DNA from: Octopus bimaculoides
Taxonomy: Eukaryota
Direction of reading: 5' to 3'
Assembly: GCF_001194135.2 (NCBI RefSeq)
Contig: NC_068999.1
Span: 47,385,571-47,449,570 of the forward strand
DNA: 64,000 nt
The notes under the pieces are model-generated. The model was given only the letters and a program-made list of their open reading frames with translations. It had not been told where the DNA came from and made no database searches. Made by a program: the position numbers and the translations under genes. The number at the start of each line of letters is the position of its first letter. Position 1 is the first letter of the stretch. Below, one piece after another: positions 1 to 14,057 of this stretch.

Positions 1-3000
1 TTTGTTTTCAATTCTGGACTGAGCTCAATCTATGCATATAATGTCGAGCAATTAGTTTGCTTTGACTGTTGCATTGTCTCAGAGTGCATGGTATATTTGG
101 CCTAGACAGTTTGGGGGGAAAGTTGGCATGCACTGTGAAGGTAACAATGTTGTTAAATATTCTGGTACAATTAAGTTCTGCTAAAAGGTACAATGTTGGT
201 AGCAGGGTCTACAATAGAGATATTGAAGCTGCTGGTAGCAGAATGTATTCCTTCAATCCGTGTTGGCCTAATTGAGTAAAATTTTTTCATGGTAAGATGA
301 TTAACAGCAACCTTTCTACTACCAATGCTGCCACCTAACCTCATTTGGTTTGATTGCTTTTATTTTCATTTCAATTTACTTGCAGTCTGTAATCCGTTAA
401 TTTTGGTTGGTTTTTTTTTTTTTTTTTAGACTTATCATTTTGGCATCTTATTTATTTCATTTCATTTCACTACAGGTATTTGAACATCTATTTAAGCTCT
501 AATGTTAATGCAGTTGTTAATACTGCACACAGTAGTAAGTTTAGGGCGGAGGACTGCTATAGATGAGAAAATATCGTCAATCTTAAATTGAAAGCTAAGT
601 GTAATTGTCTTCCCATTAATAGTTTTACTTGAAAGTACATTAATTAAATTAGTAGTGCTATAACTTCTAATTTCCATGTAGTATTCATTTGTTACCGATG
701 AAATGGTTTAAATAAGCAAAGTTGCAATGTAGCTAAAAGGAGCTTCACATACTGAACTCCACAAGTGTTACAATTTCTCTCAACTGATTTTATCTACGGT
801 TTATTTCTATAATATATGGAATAATATGACCACATAAAATTGAAAATTCTCCAAAATCAAGACATTGGTTCAGTTATTTTCTTCTTCATCAATAATTAAA
901 AGCAATTAACATAGGCCTCTTGGTTAGTTACCTTACATAATTATTGTTGTCTTGATTTATTCCCATGAAAAATATAATCCAATACATTTAATAAACAGTT
1001 TTATGTGCAACATTTTTCAAACCCAAATATATCTACAAAGAAATTCCAATCTGGGCCAAACGTATTTCTCTCTAATTGCTAATTTCTTGCCACCCCCACC
1101 TATCTACAGACTACCCCTGCTTAAAAGATTTAAAAAAAGAAAAAAGTTATTAGCAATATGTGCATATAGCATTTTGATTGTTATATCTTTTTTTTTCATG
1201 GTCAACATATTAACAGTATTAGCTAATTATTTGCTCCTAAGATAACGTGTTGCTACCTTTTCTGCTAGCTTACTTTACCATTTAGCTTTTTACTGCTGTT
1301 TTTTTCATCTGTTTTTGCTGCTCTCGTTGCTTTCCGTTACGGGAGTGTTTAAATTATTTTTATGATGGAGTTTTGTTTTTTTTTTTTGTCAAAACAGAAT
1401 ATTAATGCTGGTGCTTTTTTTCTTTCTTTTTTTTTTATATCCCAATGTATTCTATATCAATTTAAAATCTATTTGTTCTAGTTGTTAATACTCTTTGATA
1501 GTATTTTTTTTTTCTTCAGTATGCTTAGTGTCTTTTCTTCAGTTAGTTTCACTATTTTGCATTAACCTGGACTATATTGACAACAGTAACAAAAGAAAAT
1601 TGTAGGTTTTAAAAAAAAAAAAAGTATTTTTGTTATTTGCTGTTATTTTGTTTTTGTGCTGTTTGATTTTTTAAGTGATTCTTTAGGTTTCAATTTACAG
1701 TGCACAGACTTAGTTAATGTTAAATATACCTGTTCTCAAATAGATTTCATTAAGGTGAGTTTAATCACCTTTATTTACTTTCCATTGTTTGATGAGAGAT
1801 ATTTCTACTGGTTTCGTTTTCTTTCCTGATTCAAACCCACCTGCCCCCCCATTTTAATGAAAAAAAAAATAAAAACTACAACACATGGATAACATTGCTT
1901 CTGGGTGGTCCAACTTTCCAGATATTCTATGTGATGCTGTTTATAAAAATAGCATAATGTACCACAACAGATTTATTAGAAGTGTCTAAAATACATATAT
2001 AATTGCTGAAATTATTTTGCTTTATCTTAAACAAATTATTAAACATAGAAAAATATAATTATTTTTACTAACAGACTAAATCTAATTGATTTAATTTTTG
2101 GTTTGTGACCTACTAATATTGGTTTAAATGTAGATAGTGTTTGTTTTTTAAAAAAAAAAGAAGTTACTTAGTGCTTATTTTGTTGTGTAATTGTCATTCC
2201 ATGATGATGTATCTGGTATTTTGGAGCTAAAAAAAAAAAATGGCTTTTTTTGATAGAATTGCCCTGCTTTTGTCACAACAGAATCATCTAACAGTGTTTT
2301 TAATTTTACTTTTAACTTTGAACAGCAAGTTTTCATTTTGATGCTAAAAAAACAAGTCTTTAAACCTTTACTTTTCCGTTGTCCTTTAGCAATTAAAGTT
2401 GACAATTAATTAGTAAACAAAAAATGCCATCAATGACATAGGTTAAAACTCTTATGCACCATTGTTTCATTTATTTTTTTTTTTTTTACTAAGGACACGT
2501 CAAGTTTTTTTATTGAAACTATATTTCCAAGCATTTTCAAACTATGACNNNNNNNNNNNNNNNNNNNNNNNNNNNNNNNNNNNNNNNNNNNNNNNNNNNN
2601 NNNNNNNNNNNNNNNNNNNNNNNNNNNNNNNNNNNNNNNNNNNNNNNNNNNNNNNNNNNNNNNNNNNNNNNNNNNNNNNNNNNNNNNNNNNNNNNNNNNN
2701 NNNNNNNNNNNNNNNNNNNNNNNNNNNNNNNNNNNNNNNNNNNNNNNNNNNNNNNNNNNNNNNNNNNNNNNNNNNNNNNNNNNNNNNNNNNNNNNNNNNN
2801 NNNNNNNNNNNNNNNNNNNNNNNNNNNNNNTTTTTTTTTTTTTTTTTTTTTTTTCCTTATTTAGAAAATGAATAAATGGTATTTTTGCTATAATTTAGGA
2901 ATTATGCTCCACTAATATTAACTGAAACTTTAAAAATAAAAATTAAAAAAAAAAACTCTCAAACCTTGATTCGGTGAGTCAAGAAGATGAAGTAAAACCT

Positions 3001-3413
3001 GAATAAAGCCTTTCTGGAGCTGCTTTGGTTTATCTTTTCTAAGCAGTTAAAATGTTATTATTACTACATCGATTGGCTTGTGAAACCTAAATATCTACTA
3101 ACAAATACCTATGTAACACAGCTTTGTCACAATAGCATACAACCACTGACGCTACGTCTTCTCGAAAACATATATACCTGTTTCTTTTATTCTTCGATCT
3201 GTTTCCATCCCTATTTGACTTTGCCTTGTCAATACAAAGGAGTGTGCATAATCATAAACCGTCAATTTTAACATCTTCTGCTGCCTCTTGGCTAGCTTTT
3301 CTGGAGTTAGCCAGAATCAATCAGAAGATGATTGCAGATGTGGAGTTTCCTTAAAGGTTGTCTTTGATATACTAGAGGAGACTGTATGAACAATTTGTAT
3401 ATGTGCAGATATA

Positions 3414-3447
<34 letters not shown>

Positions 3448-3615
3448 TATATATATATACACACACATGCATACAATAGTAATTACATCTTGACATATTT
3501 CATATCAATATCTACATTTCCTTGAATTAACAACAGTTCATATTAAAACTTTCAATGCATGTGGCTTTTATTTCAATAGACTACATTTTATTGTTTCAGA
3601 CTCTATTCTCCACAA

Positions 3616-3654
<39 letters not shown>

Positions 3655-6600
3655 TAACCATCGTAGTAATTTAATAATATATAATTTCTACTGTTAATTA
3701 TTTTAATTATTAGTGGCAGTGGGATGGCAGAAATGGTAGAATAAATATATTTTGTTTCTCTTGCTATGTGTGCTGAGTTCAAACTTCACCACAGTTGACT
3801 TTCCCTTTCATCCCTCTAGGGTGCATAAAATACCAAGCACGTACCTGGGATTGGTTCAATTGACTAAACCCTATACAAATGTGGCCTTGAGGCCTATCTG
3901 AGAAGTTTATTTAATATTATTATTATTATAATTATTATATGTTGGTTCTGAATCTAGTAAATTGTCAGTTGACAACAAAGACCTTCCACTTCTGAACACA
4001 TATACTACTAACACCTAGAAACTATTATCTTCCCCACCACTACCACCATTTTCCACTTCTAATTCTGGCCTTCGTTTAGCTCCTATGATCATTTAACATT
4101 AAAACAATGGTTTCCTAATGAACAGCTTGGTATTGTTGTCTTGAAAGACTTCCAGCGTTCCTTTCTGAAAACGTCTATTTATATCCTGTAGCAAGAGATC
4201 ATCAATTTCAAAGACAAAACTTTCAAACTGTTTCACATTGGCTTTGATTTGTCCTATTTACACTTTGTAGAAGCCATTCTGGAAGCGAAAGGTAACATTT
4301 TTAATGCAGCTAATCCTGTTTCTACTACATCTCTTCTACTTAAATGCAGAAATATTTACTTGCAGAGAGATTATTACAATATTAATCCATGGCAATTCCT
4401 TTTAACCAAAAATTTTTTTTTCAAAGCATATCTTTCTTTTCCTAGTATTTTAAGTCTTCTTAAAAGACAAAATAAAAATTTTTGTTTCCTAAATTAGACA
4501 TTGCAAATCTTTGATATTTTCAATAGTCTCATCTTTTAATCAGTTTCCTTCATCAATATTGTATTATTTTAACCTATAAGACAGTTTGGTTCAATTTTCT
4601 CTGATGTATTTCTATGCATCTACAAATTGCTTGCCTAAAACTAAGTCCAAGTAAAATATCTAATAGTCTCTAGAAATGCTTTCATCTTCAACTTTTCTGT
4701 TTAGAAGTTTGCCTTTCACTCTGAGGAATCAGTTTTTATTCTTCACTTACTTTGTACATATATTTACAAAACCTATTTAAATGTTACTTTTTTTCCTTCT
4801 TACGAATGGTCCGCTTATAACTTTTTGTCCCCAAAAAAGAAAAACAATTGCTGCCTTTAATTCTATTACTAACATAATTAACTACTCTACAACACTTATT
4901 ATCTCTTGGTGTATCATTTCGAAGCCTTCGACTTGTTCTTCAACCAACTTCTTATATCTTGGTTATATTTGTTGTGGCTTTCAGATATACCTAAAACTCA
5001 CTGATTGTGTCCTGTGATAGTGAACTCCAGTAAATTTACCTGTTTACTTAGCAACATCAACTATCACTGACCCAATCAACAGACCAAAGTTACCATGGCA
5101 ATAGGTGTGAAAATCACTGTGACTGGTTATGAAACTGGCTGTCGTCGAAGGGAAAGCGACAAGGGGTTATAATGCAACATTACTTTTTTATCTCCCCTTT
5201 CCTATATTTGCTTGATATCTTTGACTTACTTCTTTCAACCCAGAAATATATGGCAAATAAATTCCAAGACTTTCTCCTCCCTACCTAACCAAACAGAACA
5301 TAAATTTGAGTTGACAATCCTGTTCCTTCCTACTAGGGACTAACTACCTGTACTTGTTCTTTAGCCATGCATTAGTTATCATACTGAATGCTTTTGGCAA
5401 CAAAGACAAACTGATACATGAAAACACTGTCTTTTTCTATATTTAGTGAAATATAGTATTGAAAAGAATTTTAAAAAAAAAATGCGAAAGTAAACTACTA
5501 ACCTGCCTTACAGCAATTAATATTAGTAAACTATCTGGATCTGATGTGGCCAATCAGTAAGTAGCCATTAGTCAGAACTATCAAATTATTTGGTACAATT
5601 CTTTCAGCTTGAGGAAATTAGTGTAGTGTGCTCTGAACACACTCATGTATTTTTCCTTTCATTAATCTTTTAATAAAAGATGTTTATGGAGAAAGTTATT
5701 TTTGTACCAAATTCTTGGAATGGCTCAGAACATAGTTTAATAAACTCTATGTATTGTGGCTGCCTCACCTTCCTTCTTCCATCAGTTAAAGACTTAACAA
5801 AGGATGTTGTGTCTGCTAACACAAGTTGTCCCCTTCCACCACAACCCCTCAGCTTGTTTAATGGTCAGGCAGTTGTTTCCCCTCTAAATCCATGTTCTAC
5901 ACAAGTCGGTAAGTATTCAGCTCAGATTCTGCAAACCTGCCTGTACATATGTGACAAAATAGATGTCTGCTCTTTGAATTGCAGGTTTTTTTTTTTTTTT
6001 GGTTTTTTTTCTCCCAATCCTTGTCACATAGTCTCAGATCTTCTGTGAAGTAGTGGAGAACTGACAAATTCTTTTCCACATTATTTATTTTCATTAAACA
6101 TGTCCAACATTTTTTCCATTTAGAATACATTGTCAGTTGGCTGACTACTGTTTCTAATAAAACAAGTGTTGCCATTGTTCTTGTTTGTCTTTATATTCTA
6201 CCAAAATTAGGTTTTGCTATTGGCAGGCACTTATCACAATTTCATTCAATGTTTGTATGTGTGTGGTGACTTTTGTTTTTGATTTTGAATTACCATTTCG
6301 TATGAGTGTGTGCCTGCCCATAGCTTGAGCAAGGTTCTCATCAACTGGTTGTGGTGGGTGGGCATTACAGTTGTATGCTAAGCATTACAGTTGTATGCTA
6401 AGCATGGATTTCTGTAGGTTAAATAATAAAAGAAGGGCTTGTTGCTAAATCTTGACTATTTCAGAACGTTTTGAGTACAAACCAAGTTGTGAATCAGTCT
6501 GGATAATGACGTATGGCAGATTAAGTGTAGAACATTGCTTGCTAGTTCAGATGACCAAGGATTGTTGCAGGAGAAGAAGGGAAAAGGGTCAGGGTACAGT

Positions 6601-7514
6601 ATATTGAGCTGCTGGTAGTTGTAGCATGTTGGGAAGTGAGACTTGAACGATTAGAGTAAAGCAATCTTGTGTGTAGCAGTTTCACTGTATGAAATGAGTA
6701 GTGCTACTGTGTGCTTTGGTTTCTCATTTAAAACTAATCTAATGTTTTGAGAGTAGCTTTGTTGATGTGACAGCTGTGTAGTTGCTTTTGAAATAATCAG
6801 ATTAACCCTTTCGATACCAACTCAGCCTGGTTCTATGATACAAACTTCCTGCGATCTAAATTAAGACCCATCAAAATTTTATGTTGATTTATGTTCCAAT
6901 CAGCAACTTGGTAAGGAGTTATTTTGCTGAATTCTTCATTGTTTTCACCAGCAATTCTAAAGTTCAGCTTATGAACTAACTAGACCCAAATTGTGTTGGT
7001 ACCATAAAACACAGCATATCCTAGGAGCTGATACAAAATAATGTCACTTTGGTTACTTGGACAATATTTTATCTGAAACTGCCCAAATCAAAGTGAAAAT
7101 TTAATGTCAAACAGTTTTTCGCCTCCAGTACCTTCTGTCTTGCCTTTTTTTTTTCCCTTCTTCTAAGTTCCTTATCAATGTGGGTCAGCTATTGATGGTC
7201 TCCAATTTCCAACAAGATAATTTCATGAAATATGAGACGTTGCACTCTTATAAAGTAACTTAATGTATGACTAACCCTGTTTTAATTGCTAGTGTAGAAT
7301 TTTGAACTTTATTATTCACTTAGCATCAGTTTTCTCACAAATTTAAGTTATGGAATGTGTTGTTCCTACAGTTACAATGTTGTTTTCCAAATAGATCGTT
7401 ACTGTTTTATTGGCAGAATAGCTTATTCAAAAACTCTTGCTTGGCTCAGACTTCAATAGGAAGTTGGTTTTTTTTTTGTTTTTTAGTTAATTAGCCATGC
7501 CTGCTCTATGGAGA

Positions 7515-7893
7515 GACTGTGTTGTAAGAAGCTTGCTTCCCAACCACGTGGTTCTAGGTTCGGTTCCACTGCATGGTACCTTGGGCAATTGTCTTCTTCT
7601 ATAGCTTCAGGGCAATCAAAGCCTTGTGAATGGATTTGGTAGACAGAAATTGTAAGAAGTCCATTGTGTGGGTGTGTATATATATGTCCCCCACTAATTG
7701 ACAACCAGTGTTGGTGTCTTTACATTCCTGTAACTTAGTGGTTTGGCAAAAGAGAATGATAGAATAGGTACTGTGCTTTTAACAAACAAAAAAAAAAAAA
7801 GGCAAGTCCTGGGGGTTGATCTGTTTAACTAAAACCCTTTAACATGGTGCCTCATCATGGCTGAGGTCAAATGACTAAGAAGAAGATAAAAGA
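7515..7893 (+). mobile_element. SINE family A (tRNA head, CORE-like centre, internal TA/TG microsatellite)
   Basis: Matches the consensus seen repeatedly in the window: gtgtggtaagaagcttgcttcccaaccac...ccttgggcaa...gccttgtgagtggatttggtagac...aaatgactgaaac. Confidence 0.85.
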
Positions 7894-8260
7894 TAGCCAG
7901 AAAATGATTTCAGTTCTGATTAGTTGCTGACCTTACAAACTGAATCACCCACATTCTTATGCTTGCTGCATATGGACATATCCTTGACTTCAGTCTCTAT
8001 TGGTGGACTTAGCAGCATTCTAACACCAGGACACATGCTGGTGTCATTTTCCTAGCTCTGTACAGCAGCTTATGTTCCTTTGAATTAGCAAGCTGTGTAT
8101 CCCCTTATCATTTTAGTCCTACTTTGATTCTGCAATGAGAACTGCATCGTCCATTTATTTCTAAGTTGTGAATTCTTTCATTACAATGCTGTGCGCAAGG
8201 ACTACTATAGCTTTGAATTAGCATTGTGGATATTGCTAAAAACCAATCTTCCAGACCTGG

Positions 8261-8292
<32 letters not shown>

Positions 8293-8479
8293 TTAGTATG
8301 AAGCAAAAATTCCTCATTGCCTTGGTTGACTGTCTACCATTCCAATCAATGCCACTAAGCTGCTTTTCATTTCTTAATGAGGGAAAAGACAATAAGAAAA
8401 CATCGTCATCAGCATTTTAGCATCTACTTTTTCCTGGAATTTTCTGTAGAATTTTTATTTTTACAACCAGATACCCTGT

Positions 8480-8680
8480 CACCTATTAACAGTAGCATTT
8501 ATTTACAACACTCACACAATGTTGGACAAGCAGACGGTGATGCACCCACACAAACACCTCTTTCAGTTTCCATCTGATCAGCACAAGGCAATAGCAGAAG
8601 AGACATACCCAAGGTGTTGTGCAATGGGATTGAACCCAGAATGATGTCACGGAGAGCAAACTTCTTGCCATACACCTGCA
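8480..8680 (-). mobile_element. SINE family A, partial
   Basis: Reverse complement of the family A 5' half (cccaaggtg...gaacccagaa...acacctgcac). Confidence 0.7.
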
Positions 8681-10480
8681 CTAACACTTTAAAAGAATAT
8701 CCAGAATGTTCATTCCTGAAATGAATTACTTTTAAGACAATTTACATGTGATACTAATTGGAGTAAGGAGGATTATTGAAGAAGAAAGGCAGTAAACTTG
8801 AAGTTACCTTTTATTTTTCTCTTCAGACAAAAAAAAAATATATATGTAATGTGAAGGTTTAAAATCTCACGGAGAAACAAAGAATAAAATTTTGTTGTAA
8901 ACAGAATTTTCAAATGGATAGATTTTATTTTCAGTTTGTACATGGATCAAATTATTATTAGCAAGCAACAGTAAAAAGTTGGAAGTTACCCTGTATTTAA
9001 AATCATTCCCCCCTCCCAACTTCAACTTTTTTGCCCCATACACCCACCCACCTGCAATAGCTGAAATATGAATCTTCAAAAATTTCAGACAAGACATCAA
9101 ACTGATGTAGACATTAGCAGCCCCAATTTGAGAGAGGCGAAAGGCTACAAGAACCACTGAGGGACTCCAGACACAGCTCTAATCACTCTCCCAGGTGACT
9201 AATTACACTACAGAGTACCTGCCAGTGTCCCTCTTCTAAAAACTCATTTACATTCTAATTCATAACCTCGATATGTTAGACAAATTTTTCCCTCCCATGA
9301 AAATTAAAAAGTACCCAGGCATTCTGTAGGATCGTGGACCAGTTACTGTTTCTTCTTAAATTTGTGCTTGTAATATCCAAATCTCCATGCACTTTAAAAT
9401 CTAGCAATTACATGCTATATACTTTAATACTCAAGGTAAGTTTCCTAAGAACTTCAATAATATGAAAAATTTTGATATCAAAAGATTTAACAAGGCACAA
9501 AACCACTCCAAAATTTCCCAAAGTTTTGTTCACTTCAATATTTTATTTTTCATGTAGCAGACAGAAGTAAGCTTGGCTTGCTTCCTATATGAATTTCACA
9601 AACTGCAAGGGATTTGCTAGTAAATATGAAACTTGTTTTGTTGACACTTCTCTGGAAGAATTAATGATCTAAGAAAGCCCAAATTTGATTTAATTTTTTT
9701 CTTTTTCTTCTCATAAATATAAAGCATGTCAGTAGATACTGTTTCGAAGAGTTACAACAGAGAAGGTTTAGACATAACACTGAAGGGAGTTCATTTGAAG
9801 GTTTTGATTTTCTTTTTTTTGCCCTTTAAACAGTTTTCCAGCTCCATTCAAGAAAGGTTGATATAAAAAACATAGGAAGCTTACAGAACAAAGAGAACTA
9901 ATGCTGAATGTTCTCCAAACCACCAACTGAAATAGATATTCATGTTGTATTGTATCCCACTCTATATTTTTCCAATAAACATCTCGAGAAGTGTGACTGG
10001 AACTATTCGAAAGAAATATGGCAAATATTTCCCAAAAAGTTTTCAGGAATTTCAAGGTTTAAAGGGTAAAAGTAATTTGAATAATGCACAGAGATAACAG
10101 GAAAGGGGTCTGTGACAGCAAAAATAATGTTGACATTTAATATCTTTGTGTCTCTGAGGAAGCATTTAGACATGTGTATAAATATATTTGAATAACAGCA
10201 GAATCTCTACAAACCCAGAGAGTGTCTCTTCATTTAAATATTTACTGAATTTTTAAAAAATGGTTTTGTAAGAAAGTATTAAATTGTGATGCTTTATCAG
10301 ATCTTACACCCAAGAATCAAAGCCATGTTCTTGTCCGTTTTCTCCCCACCCCCCAACCCCTTGTGTCCAATGCTGTAGAGATGGTTTCCATAGAAGATGA
10401 CAATATGTCATTCCAGTTTTCATCTTCTGGCCACAATAAGTAAAAAGGTGTTATTGTCATGTTTGAGGTTACGGATGTTA

Positions 10481-10553
10481 TTAGGCAGGTGGTGTTTGTC
10501 TTGGATGGGTTTTCGTCAACCATTCTTTGTAACCTCCATAGTAATGGCGAGCT
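10481..10553 (-). CDS. TSTD1/3-like: Rhodanese-domain protein, exon 4 (last coding exon)
   Basis: Acceptor TTTGCAG, phase 2. Encodes (K)ARHYYGGYKEWLTKTHPRQTPPA*, the rhodanese C-terminal Y.GG..EW motif. TAA at 10483-10481. Confidence 0.9.
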
Positions 10554-10754
10554 CTGCAAAGCAACAACAACAACATTTTAAAGATATCATTTCATACAAT
10601 AAAATAGGGTGTTCTCATAATTAATCCTTTTTGATATCAACCCTCCTAATAAAACTGCTAAATCTAGGATTCAAACTTCTTGTTTATGAATTATCTAAAT
10701 TATAACAAAATATGCTTACATAGAAAGTGTTTCAATCTGAAACTAAGGCAATTG

Positions 10755-11065
10755 CAGCTTGGGAGATGAATGTTAGCCATTCAGTTTCAAGTGACAAAAA
10801 TGTTAATGCCTCCCAACTACATGGTTCCGGGTTCAGTCCCACCATGTGGCACCTTGGGCAAATATCTACTATAACCTCGGGCCAACCAAAACCTTGTGAG
10901 TGGATTTGGTAGATGGAAACTGAAAGAAGCCCGTCATATACATATATATTTATGTGTGTCTGTTTGTCCCCCCCTACCACTATCACTTGACAACCGATGT
11001 TGGTGTATTTACATCTCCATAACTTAGCGGTTCAGCAAAAGATACCAATAGAATAAATACTAGGG
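10755..11065 (+). mobile_element. SINE family A
   Basis: catggttccgggttcagtcccaccatgtggcaccttgggcaa...gaaactgaaagaagcccgtc...aacttagcggttcagcaaaag. Confidence 0.85.
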
Positions 11066-11282
11066 TGGTCAGCCTGGAATAGGTGGTGGGAGGGACTATA
11101 GTAGAAGATACTTGCCTAAGGAGCCAAACAAATGGGATTGAACCCAAGACCACCACATGGTTGGGAAACAAACTCCTTAACCTCATAGCTACATCCCTGC
11201 CTCAACAAATTCCGTCTGACCCATGTGAACAGAGAAGTGGATGTTGGAAAAAAAAAAAAAAAAGTAATTCTTTTAAGCTTAC

Positions 11283-11418
11283 TTTTTGAATCCAGCTTTA
11301 TGAGCTATTTCCAGAGCAGCACTGCTTTTGATGGGACCCAAACCAACAAAAACGATGTTAGTATCTTGCAGTGAAGGTTTCACAACACCATATGTGTTTA
11401 AAAACAGATCATCAGCCA
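11283..11418 (-). CDS. TSTD1/3-like: Rhodanese-domain protein, exon 3 (5' part hidden in N gap 11419-11818)
   Basis: Reads ADDLFLNTYGVVKPSLQDTNIVFVGLGPIKSSAALEIAHKAGFK(K), then GTAAGC donor at 11282 (phase 2). Matches the F...YG..KP....IVF active-site region of TSTD1/3-type proteins. Confidence 0.88.
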
Positions 11419-12479
11419 NNNNNNNNNNNNNNNNNNNNNNNNNNNNNNNNNNNNNNNNNNNNNNNNNNNNNNNNNNNNNNNNNNNNNNNNNNNNNNNNNN
11501 NNNNNNNNNNNNNNNNNNNNNNNNNNNNNNNNNNNNNNNNNNNNNNNNNNNNNNNNNNNNNNNNNNNNNNNNNNNNNNNNNNNNNNNNNNNNNNNNNNNN
11601 NNNNNNNNNNNNNNNNNNNNNNNNNNNNNNNNNNNNNNNNNNNNNNNNNNNNNNNNNNNNNNNNNNNNNNNNNNNNNNNNNNNNNNNNNNNNNNNNNNNN
11701 NNNNNNNNNNNNNNNNNNNNNNNNNNNNNNNNNNNNNNNNNNNNNNNNNNNNNNNNNNNNNNNNNNNNNNNNNNNNNNNNNNNNNNNNNNNNNNNNNNNN
11801 NNNNNNNNNNNNNNNNNNTAAAGTATAAAATCATGGAAAATAAAATTTTTCCACAAAAATAAAATTATTTCTTATTCAAAAAAAAAATATATAAACATTA
11901 AAATTTCAAAATCAGAAAACACATAAGAAAGTACAATCAAGAATATCTTGGTTTCTACTTTTTAAAATTCATTAAAAACACATGAGCAAATATATCCAAC
12001 ATTTTAGCTTTAACATACCCAAATATGAAACGTTAAGATATTTACACAGTGGAACAAACAGTGTCGAGGCAGAAAGAGCAGGGTATGACACGGAAACCAA
12101 ATGAACATTGAAGACTGTGATGGGCTGTTGGTTTGTGGTTTAAGACAGAAGTGAAGACTAGAAGCTAAAGCAGAAGGGAAACTGAGAAAGCAAGAGAGAG
12201 ATGAAGGTTTAGAGTCTGACATAGAAGTGAAGCATAGAGATAAAGACTAAGGGGCCAAGAGAGATGTGAGAATTAGGGACTGAAAGAATAGTGAAAGGTA
12301 TTTGCTAAGATAGGGGGTGTAGGGTACATGCTAAGAAGGAGATGAAGGGTAGAGGCTAGAATCAAGAAGCTACAGAGTAAATTATTTGGTGATGGTTGAA
12401 GTAGGGAAGAAAGGCTGTTCAAATTGATGTTATCAGAAGAAGGGTCACACAGAGAGAAAAAAATCGATAGGAATTCCAT

Positions 12480-12965
12480 ACAACATATATGGTGTGGACA
12501 AGGGGTTTCTGGAACCAGAAGCAGGCGGACAGTGAATAAAGATGATATGTGGCAGATATACAGTAGTGAAAGCATGAGTAAAATAGATTCTTTTCAGTGC
12601 TTAACTACTTCCATAGAAGTAGTTGATAGCTTCTGTTCCCTAGGCAACCAAACAAGCAGTAGAGGAGAAGATAGCTATGATAAGGACACTATGGAAACCA
12701 GTTGCTAACCCTTACCTGTTATTCAAATAGGGGATCTTTTATTAGACATCTTCAAAGACACAAAGTAAACAAATGATTTGTTGAGTTGTCCCTATTGGTA
12801 ATGAAGGGATCATTCTTCAAATAAAGGGCAGATTATAAATTGTTTGTATAGAAAGTGTGATGCTGTAGGGTTGTGAGACATGTCTACTGAATGCAGAAGA
12901 TGTGCTGAGACTAAGGAAGAATGAAAAAAGAATGCTCTGCCAGGTATTTAAGGTTAGTGTGTTTG
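12480..12965 (+). mobile_element. Decayed RTE-clade LINE fragment
   Basis: Translates in pieces to IEVVDSFCSLGNQTSSRG and ESVML*GCETCLLNAEDVLRLRKNEKRML, homologous to the better-preserved RTE at 61535-62335. Confidence 0.6.
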
Positions 12966-13929
12966 AGTGATGTGGTAGAGATGAAATGGCAGAAATTGGG
13001 TCCAAAAGTAATCTGTTGTAGGGGTGAGAGACTGCAATGATGATAGAATTATGTGATGTGTAATGGATGAAGAAATAGCAGGACATCCAAGTGGAAGAAG
13101 ACCAAAGTAGACACAGGTAAAATTAGTAAAGGCCAATTTCAGGGTGTTGAACTTCACAAAGGAGCTTACGAAAGAACAAAACAAATGGTGAGATGTTGTG
13201 TGAGAAAAGACTCGCCCAAGCCATGCAAGCATGGATAAGCCTAAAATAAAAGTAACGACGTTGTGGCTTGGTGTGAAAAACTGACATAAATTAGTGGTGG
13301 AAATTAGCCAAATAATTGATAGATGAAAAACGGTCAAAGATGAAGGTGTCAGTGTTGAGTCTTACAAACAAGATGACACAGGATGGAGACATGCAGGAAT
13401 GTTGGCTCCATTGCTGGCTCAACTAATTCCTGAAAAAAATACAAATGTGAAAAAGAAAAAAAAAGAATGAATACTTTTTATCTCGGATAATTCTCATTTC
13501 ACAACCAACACAAATTCACATCAAAAAAATAACTTTAAAGCATCTTTATTGTCCATGCATTGCAGATCAATATTTGGTTTTATTGATCTACAGCAGATAC
13601 AGTATGTTAACAAGTGGGAAATGCAAATAAAAGCTACAGAGTACCCTCAGAACTGTTAACAAACAAAATGTCTGTTGCAGGAACATAAAAATGTCATCTG
13701 TTATAACAGAAGTGATTTGTAGTTTTATTAACAATATTGATAAGAGGTGAAAACATTGATTTTGATTGTTTTTGCAAATAAGAGTGTTTCATTGTAATTA
13801 ATGGATCAGAAAAGTGCTACAAATAAATGGATAAAAACTCAACTCCAGTATCAGGAGTTCATATCTCCTGCAACTGAACAATACACCCACAAGATGTAGT
13901 GTTTCTTAACAGGGAGTAACCATACTTGC

Positions 13930-14057
13930 AATGTCATTTCCACTCACATAGCTTTGGTTGGTGTTGGGGTCAAAGTAGAAGACACTTGCCCAAGGTGCCA
14001 CACATTGTGACTGAACCACAAACCATGTGGTTGAGAAGCAAACATCTTACCACATAG
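13930..14057 (-). mobile_element. SINE family A, 5' fragment
   Basis: gacacttgcccaaggtgccacac...gactgaacc...catgtggttgagaagcaaacatcttaccaca. Confidence 0.75.

Noticed and set aside
1-510. Possible terminal exon(s) of an upstream plus-strand gene (acceptor at 475 giving VFEHLFKL*; ORF 69-275)
   Set aside because: No recognisable protein in any frame. It cannot be supported without upstream sequence.
5680-6200. Possible decayed hAT transposase fragments (also ~7900-8230)
   Set aside because: Only vague motif resemblance with many stops. It would need tblastx to support.
6362-6405. 20-bp tandem duplication gcattacagttgtatgctaa x2
   Set aside because: An ordinary slippage duplication with no sign of function.
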